A stretch of 32,000 nucleotides of DNA from NCBI RefSeq assembly GCF_000008665.1, contig NC_000917.1:2040001-2072000 (forward strand). The letters are read 5' to 3'. This DNA is from Archaeoglobus fulgidus DSM 4304. GTDB lineage: Archaea > Halobacteriota > Archaeoglobi > Archaeoglobales > Archaeoglobaceae. The notes below the pieces were generated by a model that had not been told where the DNA came from, searched no databases, and saw only the letters and a program-made list of their open reading frames with translations. The number at the start of each line of letters is the position of its first letter. Position 1 is the stretch's first letter. Positions 24,351-31,956 of the stretch are shown here, piece by piece. The position numbers and the translations under genes are program-made.

Positions 24351-24689
24351 ATGCAGAAAGAACTAATTAACGAAATAATCGGGGAAGTTAAGCCGAAAGC
24401 GATAGCGCTTTTCGGCTCTCAGGCTAAGGGAAAAGCGGGAAAGTTTTCTGATTATGATTTGCTGATAATAACAAAGGATGAGGAGAGCAGAAATAAGGCG
24501 GAGAAGTTTGAGAAGGGCAAGGTTGAGATACATGCTCTGACCATGAGAACCGCTCTGGAGCTGATTCATAAAGGAGACCCTTTTTTCACCCAAATCGTAA
24601 AGGAGTGTAAACCGATTTATGGGGAGTTCTACATCAAGTTTTTGAGAGAGGTGGCTGAAAATGTTGGAAAAAGCAAGGTTGTGGCTTGA
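24351..24689 (+). CDS. Minimal nucleotidyltransferase (MNT) antitoxin of an HEPN/MNT pair
   Basis: Motif LFGSQAKGKAGKFSDYDLLIIT (GS-x-GxxxxxSDxD, pol-beta NTase). The 29-nt overlap with the downstream HEPN ORF is typical of these pairs. Confidence 0.85.
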   Translation: MQKELINEIIGEVKPKAIALFGSQAKGKAGKFSDYDLLIITKDEESRNKAEKFEKGKVEIHALTMRTALELIHKGDPFFTQIVKECKPIYGEFYIKFLREVAENVGKSKVVA

Positions 24690-25069
24690 GAGAGCTAAAG
24701 CGGATTTAAAATCTGCTGAAGTGCTGATGGACATAGTTCCTGCCGACAGTATCTACCACAGTCAGCAGGCTGTGGAAAAGGCCATTAAAGCAGCACTTGT
24801 TTTGAAGGGAATAGGTCAAGGAGCACAGAGTTTCCGGCTTATTTTACGACGAGTTCGTCATTCTGTACCCCCAGCTTGAGGAAATTTACGAAATAGCTGT
24901 GGAGCTCGAGAAGCACTGGTTGAGAACGAGGTATCCGATAGACTACTCAAAAGGAGTCTGGAATCCGCTTGACGCTTACAAAAAAGATGATGCTGAGAGG
25001 TATTTCAGGCTGGCAGAAAGGTTCGTTAAGGAGCTTGAGAAATTTTTGGAGGAGGAGTTCGGTGTTTAG
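24661..25069 (+). pseudogene. HEPN-domain toxin partner of MNT, reading frame broken once (after 24814)
   Basis: Frame 1 gives MLEKARLWLERAKADLKSAEVLMD...YHSQQAVEKAIKAALVLKGI and then runs into nonsense. The next frame continues VKEHRVSGLFYDEFVILYPQLEEIYEIAVELEKHWLRTRYPIDY...EEEFGV*, which contains the HEPN-typical L-x-KH-x-x-x-TRYP motif. Length is 409 nt (3n+1). Confidence 0.8.
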
Positions 25070-25543
25070 CTAACTCAAAGGAAACTCACCAACCTTCTCA
25101 GTTTCAGGTTCGTCAATCTCCAGAATCCTCCTCAAAGCCCTTTCATCGAGTTCTTTAACGAGAGTCTTAATAGCTTCCACAGCCCTTTCGTACTGCTTCC
25201 TGTAAATCCCCTCGTTTTGCCTGAGAAGCGTTACAATCGGGCATATTGACTCCTTTTTGAGGTATATATCAATTTTACCCTCCCTCAGGTCGAAGGTGAA
25301 AGGTCCTGCAACGCAGGTTTCGGGCTTGATGCTGTGAATCAGGCATTTCTTCTCTTTCTCATCAAAAAACACGCAGTAGCCGTTTTCCTTCATCTTTGGA
25401 TGTGTGTATTCTTCAAAATCGAAAAGCTCTAAGCTTATTCCGGAATCCAGCAGAATCCTCAGCCTCCTTTCAGTAATTGGAGGTTTGGCATCGATGCAGC
25501 ACTTCCCACCGCATCTGGAGCAGACTTCGTAAAAGTCAGTCAT
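25070..25543 (-). CDS. YkgJ-family Cys-cluster protein (CxxCxxCC / UPF0153)
   Basis: Motifs CSRCGGKCCIDAKPPIT and CVFFDEKEKKCLIHSIKPETCVAGPF. 4-nt overlap with the upstream GCS2 gene. Confidence 0.8.
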   Translation of the reverse strand: MTDFYEVCSRCGGKCCIDAKPPITERRLRILLDSGISLELFDFEEYTHPKMKENGYCVFFDEKEKKCLIHSIKPETCVAGPFTFDLREGKIDIYLKKESICPIVTLLRQNEGIYRKQYERAVEAIKTLVKELDERALRRILEIDEPETEKVGEFPLS

Positions 25544-26637
25544 AAGTACACCTCGTTTCTTTCAAGGCATCTGGAAAGCTCCTCGCAAAGGCTGATTATT
25601 TCCTCCCTGCTAATCTCAGGCATGTTCATAAGGATGCGCTCTCCCAGACTGCCCTCCTCGATTCTCAGTTTCACGACCTTCATATACCTTCTCTCCTCCT
25701 CATCGGCGTGCTCTTTTGACTTCTTTAACAGCTCCTTTAACTCAGGCTTCAGCTTCTCGGTTCCGCTCCTCATCGCGCTGTTGAGCTTCTCAATCAGCAC
25801 ATCTACTGGCAGTTCTTCAAGTTCAGCTCTAAGAATTGCTCTGATGAACGCTGTAAGAGCAACATCGCTCTTGATGCACTCCTGCTCGTCCATCACCTTT
25901 ATCTCAAGGCATTTCCTGCTGAACCTCACTATAACACCTCTCGAATTCACCCACTCCCTGCAGAGGACGTAAGCTCCTTTTCTTCTCAGCTCCTCGTAGA
26001 TGCCGTTAAGAATGCTCCTGTATTCCTTTAGGCTGGATATTCTTTCTGGAATTACATCGTTGCAGATTTCCGGAACTTCCTTCTGGTTTATGCGGTAAAA
26101 GTAAAGTCTTGTGTCAACGTAGTAAGACTTCCCCTCGCAGATTGGAGAGGCTGAAGCTACCGCAGCAATGTAGGGAAGCAGAACTCTTATCTTGTTGTGA
26201 AGCTCTACCGCTTCCTTTTCGGAAGAAAAAGGTATGTTCAGCTGATAGCTCTGGATGTTAAGCCAGCCATGCTGTTTTATGTTGAAAAGCCTGTCGTAGG
26301 CTTGGTATATCCTTCTGTCTCTGTGATTCCAAACTTTGGCATCCTCAAGCCTGAGAAGGGGGTGCATTCCCAGTCCTAAAAGTTTGTAGCCGTCCATAAC
26401 GCTAAGAAGCTCCTCAACGCCTTCCTGCATAGTTTCTTCGAACTCGGATAGGCTTTCAAAGGGCCTTGCAGGTTTTAGCTCGATAACGTGTTTCTGCAAC
26501 TCCTTGCCTATTACCACTCTGCCCAGTTTTGCCTCGTTAACTGTTCTACCCCCTATCTTCTTTAGTATCTCATCTGAAATGGGAACAGGATTGAAGTTCT
26601 CATCGTTTATAGAAAATTCGTGCTCGGGACCAATCAT
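25540..26637 (-). CDS. Carboxylate-amine ligase, GCS2 / YbdK family (glutamate-cysteine-ligase family 2)
   Basis: Motifs GPEHEF (GxExE), HVIELKP, GLGMHP, LLPYIAAVASASPICEGK...TRLYFY and CLEIKVMDEQ align with the YbdK pattern. An AGGTGG Shine-Dalgarno-like element is present. Confidence 0.88.
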   Translation of the reverse strand: MIGPEHEFSINDENFNPVPISDEILKKIGGRTVNEAKLGRVVIGKELQKHVIELKPARPFESLSEFEETMQEGVEELLSVMDGYKLLGLGMHPLLRLEDAKVWNHRDRRIYQAYDRLFNIKQHGWLNIQSYQLNIPFSSEKEAVELHNKIRVLLPYIAAVASASPICEGKSYYVDTRLYFYRINQKEVPEICNDVIPERISSLKEYRSILNGIYEELRRKGAYVLCREWVNSRGVIVRFSRKCLEIKVMDEQECIKSDVALTAFIRAILRAELEELPVDVLIEKLNSAMRSGTEKLKPELKELLKKSKEHADEEERRYMKVVKLRIEEGSLGERILMNMPEISREEIISLCEELSRCLERNEVYL

Positions 26638-26645
26638 AACCCCAC

Positions 26646-27839
26646 CTACGTAATGTAAATCAGCAAAGCTCCAACCAGCACGGTTGCAAAGGTTACAGGA
26701 ACTCCAGCCTTCAGATACTCGAAAAAGGAGAGGTGGACTCCATGTCTCTCCGCGCTCTCAGCCACTATAAGGTTTGCAACGCTCCCTATCAGCGTGAGGT
26801 TCCCGGCGAAGGTTGAGGCCATTGCAAGAATTAGCCAGAAGTCTGCAGCCGCACCTTTAGCTGCTGGCAGGACCATCATCACGAATGGAACGTTGCTGAC
26901 CAGATTACTTCCCGCAACGGTGAGAAGGCTGAAGTAAAGGTAGTCGGCAAAACTCTCGCCAAAGCTCAGCATCGAAAGGATTTTCTCGCCGTAGCTCTTC
27001 TCAAATCCATGCATAACAATGAAGAGGTTGCAGAATAGAAGCAGCAATCCCCAGTCAACCTTCTCGAGCGCTTCTCTCGGCTTTACTCCACCTATAGCAA
27101 ACATTATTGCCGCTCCAATGAAGGCTGAGAGCGAGACGGGATAGAACTCGGTGACAAAGAGAATTAGAACTAAAGCGAAGGTGAGCAAGCCCTTTGCCGC
27201 TAACCTCCTGTTGAGGTTCACCTCGATTTTTCCATTCCTGAGTTTACCAAGCTCCCCTCTGTAAAGAACGTATATGACCGAATAAACTATGAAAATCCCC
27301 GCTACTCCAACGGGAAGCATTTTTGCAGTGAACTGAACAAATCCAATGCCCGATTTCAGACCTATTAGCATGTTCTGCGGATTTCCGATTATCGTTACCG
27401 CACTTCCAACATTGGCGGATGTTGCGAGGGCAATCAGCAAAGGAATTGGGCTGATTCCAGCTGAAAGAGCTACCCTGACAACCACGGGGGTCATGAAAAC
27501 GCAGATGGTGTCGTTTACAAAAAGTGCCGAAAGGAATCCGGATGAGAAAACTATTGTGAAGAGCAACCTCTTCCCGTTTCCAGAAAACCCCATTATCTTC
27601 GAGGCGAGCCAGTCGAAAAAGCCAGCAATTCCAAGGTAGGCTGTCAGGACCATCATGCCGAAAAGGAGCATTATCGTGTTGTAGTCTATGGCTCTGACAG
27701 CCTCTTTGAGGCTCATCACACCAAAGGCGAGCATTAAAGCGGCACCTATTGTCGATGCTGCCGGCCTGTCCATTTTGCGGTAGAAGCTCTGAAGAGATAT
27801 CAGTGCATATGTTAGGATGGATATCAGAAGCTCAATCAT
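26646..27839 (-). CDS. ArsB/NhaD-superfamily anion permease (CitMHS-like)
   Basis: 397 aa, polytopic, with the IIGNPQNMLIG motif typical of this superfamily. The start codon directly abuts the upstream MFS stop (TAAATG). Confidence 0.85.
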   Translation of the reverse strand: MIELLISILTYALISLQSFYRKMDRPAASTIGAALMLAFGVMSLKEAVRAIDYNTIMLLFGMMVLTAYLGIAGFFDWLASKIMGFSGNGKRLLFTIVFSSGFLSALFVNDTICVFMTPVVVRVALSAGISPIPLLIALATSANVGSAVTIIGNPQNMLIGLKSGIGFVQFTAKMLPVGVAGIFIVYSVIYVLYRGELGKLRNGKIEVNLNRRLAAKGLLTFALVLILFVTEFYPVSLSAFIGAAIMFAIGGVKPREALEKVDWGLLLLFCNLFIVMHGFEKSYGEKILSMLSFGESFADYLYFSLLTVAGSNLVSNVPFVMMVLPAAKGAAADFWLILAMASTFAGNLTLIGSVANLIVAESAERHGVHLSFFEYLKAGVPVTFATVLVGALLIYIT

Positions 27840-29324
27840 TTAAGACCCCTTATTCAGGTCCTCAGGAATCGAGGGGAGAGGTTCGAGCGATGGCTGATAG
27901 TTGAGGGAAAGAGCTGAAAAGCCGGATTGATTAGCGAATTTAACGTAGTTGCTTGTGTTGGGAAGCGGAATGTGCATTGCAGTCATAAGAGAGCAGATGT
28001 CGGTTATAACTGCACGCTTCATTTCAACCTTCACCGTCTGCTCGTCTTTGGCATTTTCCTCATCGAAGAGCCTGAGCATCTTAATGGCTGCGAGTGAAAT
28101 AGCGGCTGAAATCAAAAACAGGAAGTCGTAGGAGGCGAAGTGCAGGGCGGGAACTTCCAGAAAGCCTAGTGACGATTCGATGTCAATCTTCACAGCAAAG
28201 TTTGCGGAAACGAAGAAGGAAGCTACAATTCCACCAGTTAAAGAGCCAGCAGCTCCGAAAACTGAATTGATGACGTAGTTCAAGGCGTAGTATGAGGCGG
28301 ATGAGCCCTTTGGACTGATCTTCGCAACGACGTTCATCAGAGCAATCCCCGGCACTGATGTGTAGAATCCATCAAGAACGTAAATGACAACGAGCAGTGG
28401 AAGCGTAAACAGGTGCCTTTCAGGCATGGTGGTGAAGGTAAACAGAAACGCCGCAATGGAGAAGGCTGTAAAAGACAACGCAAGCACGGGCCTGTTTCCG
28501 AACCTGTCCATAATTCTTCCCGAAATCCTCAGGAAGTAAATCGAGCTAAGCTGGCTTACTGCTGTGAGGGCAATAACAATCCAGACCGGATACTTAAGCA
28601 CGGCAATTATGTAAACAGAGTAGAAGGGGAGAGCCAATTCTGAGGCAAATCTCCACAGTGAGGTTCCAGAAATTAGCTTCAGGAAGTTTCTGTTTTTCAG
28701 AGGTGCTTTAAGACTCCTTCTGCCCGTTTTGCCCACCTTAACGTCATCTATCCCGTTGATGAAGTAAAGGCTGACCATACCCGCAATGAAGGCCGTTGAG
28801 AAGAGGAGCGGGAAAGTTGCTGAGCCGAGCAGGTTGAATATAACTGTGAAGGCGAGAACTGCGAACAGTGAAACCAGCTTTCCGTAGGCCATTCTGGTGG
28901 AGTAGTATTGCCCCCTGATGCTGTCAGGAATCAGATCCCTCATCCACGAACTCCACGGAGCGGTTGAGATTTCCTTGAAAACGTTGTATATCGCAAAGAA
29001 GGCGATGAACATTACGAGGTCTGAGGCGGAGAGTACCGCAAACGCCATTGCGAGAAGAGAAATCCTCGAAACTGCGTTTGAAACGAGAGAAAGTTTCTTT
29101 CTGCTGAACTTCTCGGCAAAAATTGCTGAGGGAATTTGTACAAGCTGAGAGAGGTAGGGGGTTGCTGCAACGAGTCCAATTAGCAGCGGTGATGCATTTC
29201 TTGACGCAAGGTATGAGCTGATTATCGACACGGTCAGAAGGGAGAACATTATCTGAGATGCTAATCCGTCAAAAAGCAGGTTTCTGAGGCTCCGGTCCAG
29301 ATCAATTTCCTCTTCGCCGTCCAT
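27840..29324 (-). CDS. MFS-type transporter with a roughly 90-aa soluble C-terminal tail
   Basis: Polytopic. The start is chosen at ATG 29324 (MDGEEEIDLDRSLRNLLFDGLASQ...) because TTTAAATA lies at 29365-29358 on the minus strand. The track N-terminus (to 29468) would cover that promoter and the divergent gene's promoter. Confidence 0.8.
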   Translation of the reverse strand: MDGEEEIDLDRSLRNLLFDGLASQIMFSLLTVSIISSYLASRNASPLLIGLVAATPYLSQLVQIPSAIFAEKFSRKKLSLVSNAVSRISLLAMAFAVLSASDLVMFIAFFAIYNVFKEISTAPWSSWMRDLIPDSIRGQYYSTRMAYGKLVSLFAVLAFTVIFNLLGSATFPLLFSTAFIAGMVSLYFINGIDDVKVGKTGRRSLKAPLKNRNFLKLISGTSLWRFASELALPFYSVYIIAVLKYPVWIVIALTAVSQLSSIYFLRISGRIMDRFGNRPVLALSFTAFSIAAFLFTFTTMPERHLFTLPLLVVIYVLDGFYTSVPGIALMNVVAKISPKGSSASYYALNYVINSVFGAAGSLTGGIVASFFVSANFAVKIDIESSLGFLEVPALHFASYDFLFLISAAISLAAIKMLRLFDEENAKDEQTVKVEMKRAVITDICSLMTAMHIPLPNTSNYVKFANQSGFSALSLNYQPSLEPLPSIPEDLNKGS

Positions 29325-29357
29325 ACGTGGTCTTCTTCCGTGCGAGGTAAACATCCT

Positions 29358-29365
29358 GTATTTAA
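29358..29365 (-). promoter_or_regulatory. TATA box candidate for the MFS-permease-GCS2-YkgJ operon
   Basis: The minus strand reads GGTTTAAATACAGG. Its centre is about 37 nt upstream of ATG 29324, consistent with a short 5' UTR. Confidence 0.4.
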
Positions 29366-29499
29366 ACCTTGCCGTCGCAGATTTTAGGTGAGTAACAGCA
29401 GGATTAGTAGTTGAAAATGTTGGTCTTGAAAAGTTCAAGAAGGCTCCTTCCACTCTAAAACTGAGCAAAAATTTTTACTTTCGGAATCGCATTAAAATT

Positions 29500-30285
29500 A
29501 TGAGACACCCAAGAGTGGCGGGGAGCTTCTACCCTGCCAATCCCGAATCGCTTCTCGCGATGCTGAGGGAGTACACCTATCCAGCAAAGGACGAAAGCGT
29601 CATTGCCTGCGTTTCTCCGCATGCCGGTTACGTTTACTCCGGAAGGACAGCCGGAAAGGTTCACTCCTTACTGCCGGATGCTGAAACCTTCGTCATTGTC
29701 GGGCCCAACCACACGGGCTACGGTCTGCCGGTAGCGGTATCGACGGACACGTGGCTGACACCTCTCGGCGAGGTTGAGGTGGATACGGAATTCGTTGAAG
29801 CGATGCCCAAGATAATCACAGCCCCAGACGAGATTGCCCATCGCTACGAGCACTCCCTCGAGGTCCAGGTTCCTTTTCTCCAGTACCTGCACGACGACTT
29901 CAAAATCGTTCCAATCTGTCTCGGAATGCAGGACGAAGAGACTGCGATGGAGGTGGCGGAAGAGATTCTGACGGCTGAGAGGGAGACAGGTAGGAAGGTG
30001 GTTGTAATAGCCTCATCCGACATGCACCACTACCTGCCCGACGAGGAATGCAGACGGCTCGACAGCATAGTAATCGATGCTATTCTGTCGATGGACGTTA
30101 AAAAGTACTACGAAACAATTTACAGGCTGCAGGCGAGCGTTTGCGGTTACGGCTGCATAGCTGTTGCTATGTACTACTCAAAGGCCAAGGGGGCGAGAGC
30201 TGAGCTCGTTGACTACTCGACAAGTGGTGACGTTGCAGACAGAAGCCAGGTAGTTGGTTACGCAGGCATAGTTTTCAGAGTTTGA
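29500..30285 (+). CDS. MEMO1-family protein (AmmeMemoRadiSam system protein B)
   Basis: Motifs MRHPRVAGSFYPANPESLL, SPHAGYVYSG, GPNHTG, SSDMHHY and a C-terminal VVGYAGIVF. Confidence 0.9.
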   Translation: MRHPRVAGSFYPANPESLLAMLREYTYPAKDESVIACVSPHAGYVYSGRTAGKVHSLLPDAETFVIVGPNHTGYGLPVAVSTDTWLTPLGEVEVDTEFVEAMPKIITAPDEIAHRYEHSLEVQVPFLQYLHDDFKIVPICLGMQDEETAMEVAEEILTAERETGRKVVVIASSDMHHYLPDEECRRLDSIVIDAILSMDVKKYYETIYRLQASVCGYGCIAVAMYYSKAKGARAELVDYSTSGDVADRSQVVGYAGIVFRV

Positions 30286-30310
30286 TTTTAAAAACATTCT
30301 CTAAAATTTT

Positions 30311-30345
30311 TTCCGAATATCGAACCTAAGCTTTAAATATCGGAA
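30311..30345. promoter_or_regulatory. Imperfect inverted repeat TTCCGAATAT ... ATATCGGAA bracketing the TATA box of the wHTH-rubrerythrin unit
   Basis: The arms are 30311-30320 and 30337-30345 (9 of 10 positions match, with a 1-nt indel). TTTAAATA lies at 30333-30340, about 25 nt upstream of ATG 30361. Confidence 0.4.
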
Positions 30346-30360
30346 ATAATATTTAACGCT

Positions 30361-30543
30361 ATGAGCGACCCAAAGCAACTTGTTCTTGAGGCGATGAAAA
30401 GGGCGGGAAAGCCAGTGAGGCCGGGCGACATAGCCAAAGAGACTGGACTGGACAGCAAGGAAGTCTCGAAAATAATAAAGGAGCTTAGGAAGGAGGGACT
30501 CGTCCACTCGCCAAAAAGATGTTATTATGCGGTGAAGGAGTGA
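30361..30543 (+). CDS. Small winged-helix DNA-binding protein (60 aa)
   Basis: MSDPKQLVLEAMKRAGKPVRPGDIAKETGLDSKEVSKIIKELRKEGLVHSPKRCYYAV has the wHTH pattern (helix-turn-helix plus a beta wing). Its stop overlaps the rubrerythrin upstream ATG (TGATG). Confidence 0.6.
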   Translation: MSDPKQLVLEAMKRAGKPVRPGDIAKETGLDSKEVSKIIKELRKEGLVHSPKRCYYAVKE

Positions 30544-30548
30544 TGTTT

Positions 30549-31034
30549 ATGACAACGGAGGAGAACTTAAGAAACGCCTACGCCGGAGAGAGCCAGGCGA
30601 TGGTGAGATACAGAATTTTTGCCGAAATAGCCCGAAGTAAGGGGCTTGAGGGAATCGCAAGGGTGTTTGAGGCTGCATCCTTTTCCGAGTTCGTTCACGC
30701 CAAGAACCATCTAAAGGTTCTTGAAGATTTGAACGACGTGAGGAAGAACCTCGAGACCGCCTATGCGGGAGAGACGTATGAGATTACGGAAATGTATCCA
30801 AGGTTCTACGAGGAGGCAGAAAAGGAGGGCAACAGGAGAGCGATGAACAGCATAAAGTGGGCTCTTGAAACGGAAAAAGTTCACGCTGGTATCTTCAAAA
30901 GGCTAATTGAGAGCGGAGAGGACTACAGGGACAAAATCTACGTCTGCCCGGTATGCGGGTACGCGATGGAGGGTGAAGCTCCTGAGAAGTGCCCGCTGTG
31001 CAACACACCAAAGGAAAAGTTCGTCGAATTTTAA
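30549..31034 (+). CDS. rbr: Rubrerythrin
   Basis: Di-iron four-helix motifs (NAYAGESQA...E..H; AYAGETYE...E..H) and a C-terminal rubredoxin-like CPVCG...CPLC. An AGGAG element lies 8 nt before ATG 30549; ATG 30543 is also possible. Confidence 0.95.
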   Translation: MTTEENLRNAYAGESQAMVRYRIFAEIARSKGLEGIARVFEAASFSEFVHAKNHLKVLEDLNDVRKNLETAYAGETYEITEMYPRFYEEAEKEGNRRAMNSIKWALETEKVHAGIFKRLIESGEDYRDKIYVCPVCGYAMEGEAPEKCPLCNTPKEKFVEF

Positions 31035-31079
31035 TCAAATTTAGCGAAATTTCTTAATATTTTTTGTTACACTGCCTGC

Positions 31080-31535
31080 ATGAAGAACCTCTATTTCGAG
31101 GATTTTGAAATCGGAATGAAAGTCGAGAGCGCGGCGAGGACTGTAACCGAGGCGGACATAGTTATGTTTGCATCGCTAAGCGGGGACTGGAACCCGATAC
31201 ACACGGATGCGGAGTTCGCCAAAAAGACTATTTTTGGTCAGAGAGTTGCTCACGGTCTTTTAACGCTGTCCGTCGTGGCAGGGCTTCTCGTGAGACTCGG
31301 ATTGACGGAAAGGACAATCGTTGCTTTCTACGGAATCGACAAGCTTCGGTTCACGAACCCCGTCTTTATTGGGGACACAATAAGGGCCGTTCTGGAGGTT
31401 GTCGGGAAGGAGGACAAGGAGGGCAAGCCATACGGAGTCGTTGTTTACGACATAAAGGGCGTGAACCAGAGAGGGGAGGTTGTCATAACTTATACCTCAA
31501 GGGCTGCAATACTCAAAAGACGCCCTCAAGCCTGA
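31080..31535 (+). CDS. MaoC-like (R)-specific enoyl-CoA hydratase / hot-dog-fold dehydratase
   Basis: Motifs FASLSGDWNPIHTDAEFAKKTIFGQRVAHGLL and the hot-dog C-terminal pattern. Confidence 0.9.
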   Translation: MKNLYFEDFEIGMKVESAARTVTEADIVMFASLSGDWNPIHTDAEFAKKTIFGQRVAHGLLTLSVVAGLLVRLGLTERTIVAFYGIDKLRFTNPVFIGDTIRAVLEVVGKEDKEGKPYGVVVYDIKGVNQRGEVVITYTSRAAILKRRPQA

Positions 31536-31956
31536 GCAGCCTCTTCTTCAAACTTTTTCCATCAATATCGGAGCAGCTTACCGTGTATCCGCCAATCTCC
31601 TTTTTACCAACCACCCGATGGCAGGGGATGATCACAGGCAGAGGGTTTCTCTTGACCGCCTGTCCTACTGCCCTGGGTGAGGTGTTAAGGGCTTTGGCGA
31701 TATCTGAGTACATCCTAACCATACCGTACGGAATCCTGCTGACCTCCTCAAGCACCCTTCTTGTGAAGCTGCTTGCCTTAAGCCTGTAGGGTATCCTGAC
31801 CTCAACCCTTTCCCCCGAAAAGTACCTTTCAAGCTGCCTTGCGTATTCGGAATCTGAGGAAGAAAAAGATGGATACGTTGAAAAGTAGGACTTTACTGCC
31901 TTCCCCCCTTCCATAACAACGTTGAAGTAAAGCTCTCCCCACTTAACCGAGAACAT
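31513..31956 (-). CDS. ogt: Methylated-DNA-protein-cysteine methyltransferase
   Basis: Active-site IIPCHRVVG and the helix-turn-helix segment YSDIAKALNTSPRAVGQAVKRNPLPV. Its 3' end overlaps the convergent MaoC gene by 23 nt. Confidence 0.93.
   Translation of the reverse strand: MFSVKWGELYFNVVMEGGKAVKSYFSTYPSFSSSDSEYARQLERYFSGERVEVRIPYRLKASSFTRRVLEEVSRIPYGMVRMYSDIAKALNTSPRAVGQAVKRNPLPVIIPCHRVVGKKEIGGYTVSCSDIDGKSLKKRLLRLEGVF

Noticed and set aside
29325-29468. 48-codon N-terminal extension of the second MFS transporter
   Set aside because: It would run across its own TATA-like box (29358-29365) and into the promoter of the divergent MEMO gene. The extension is not hydrophobic or MFS-like.
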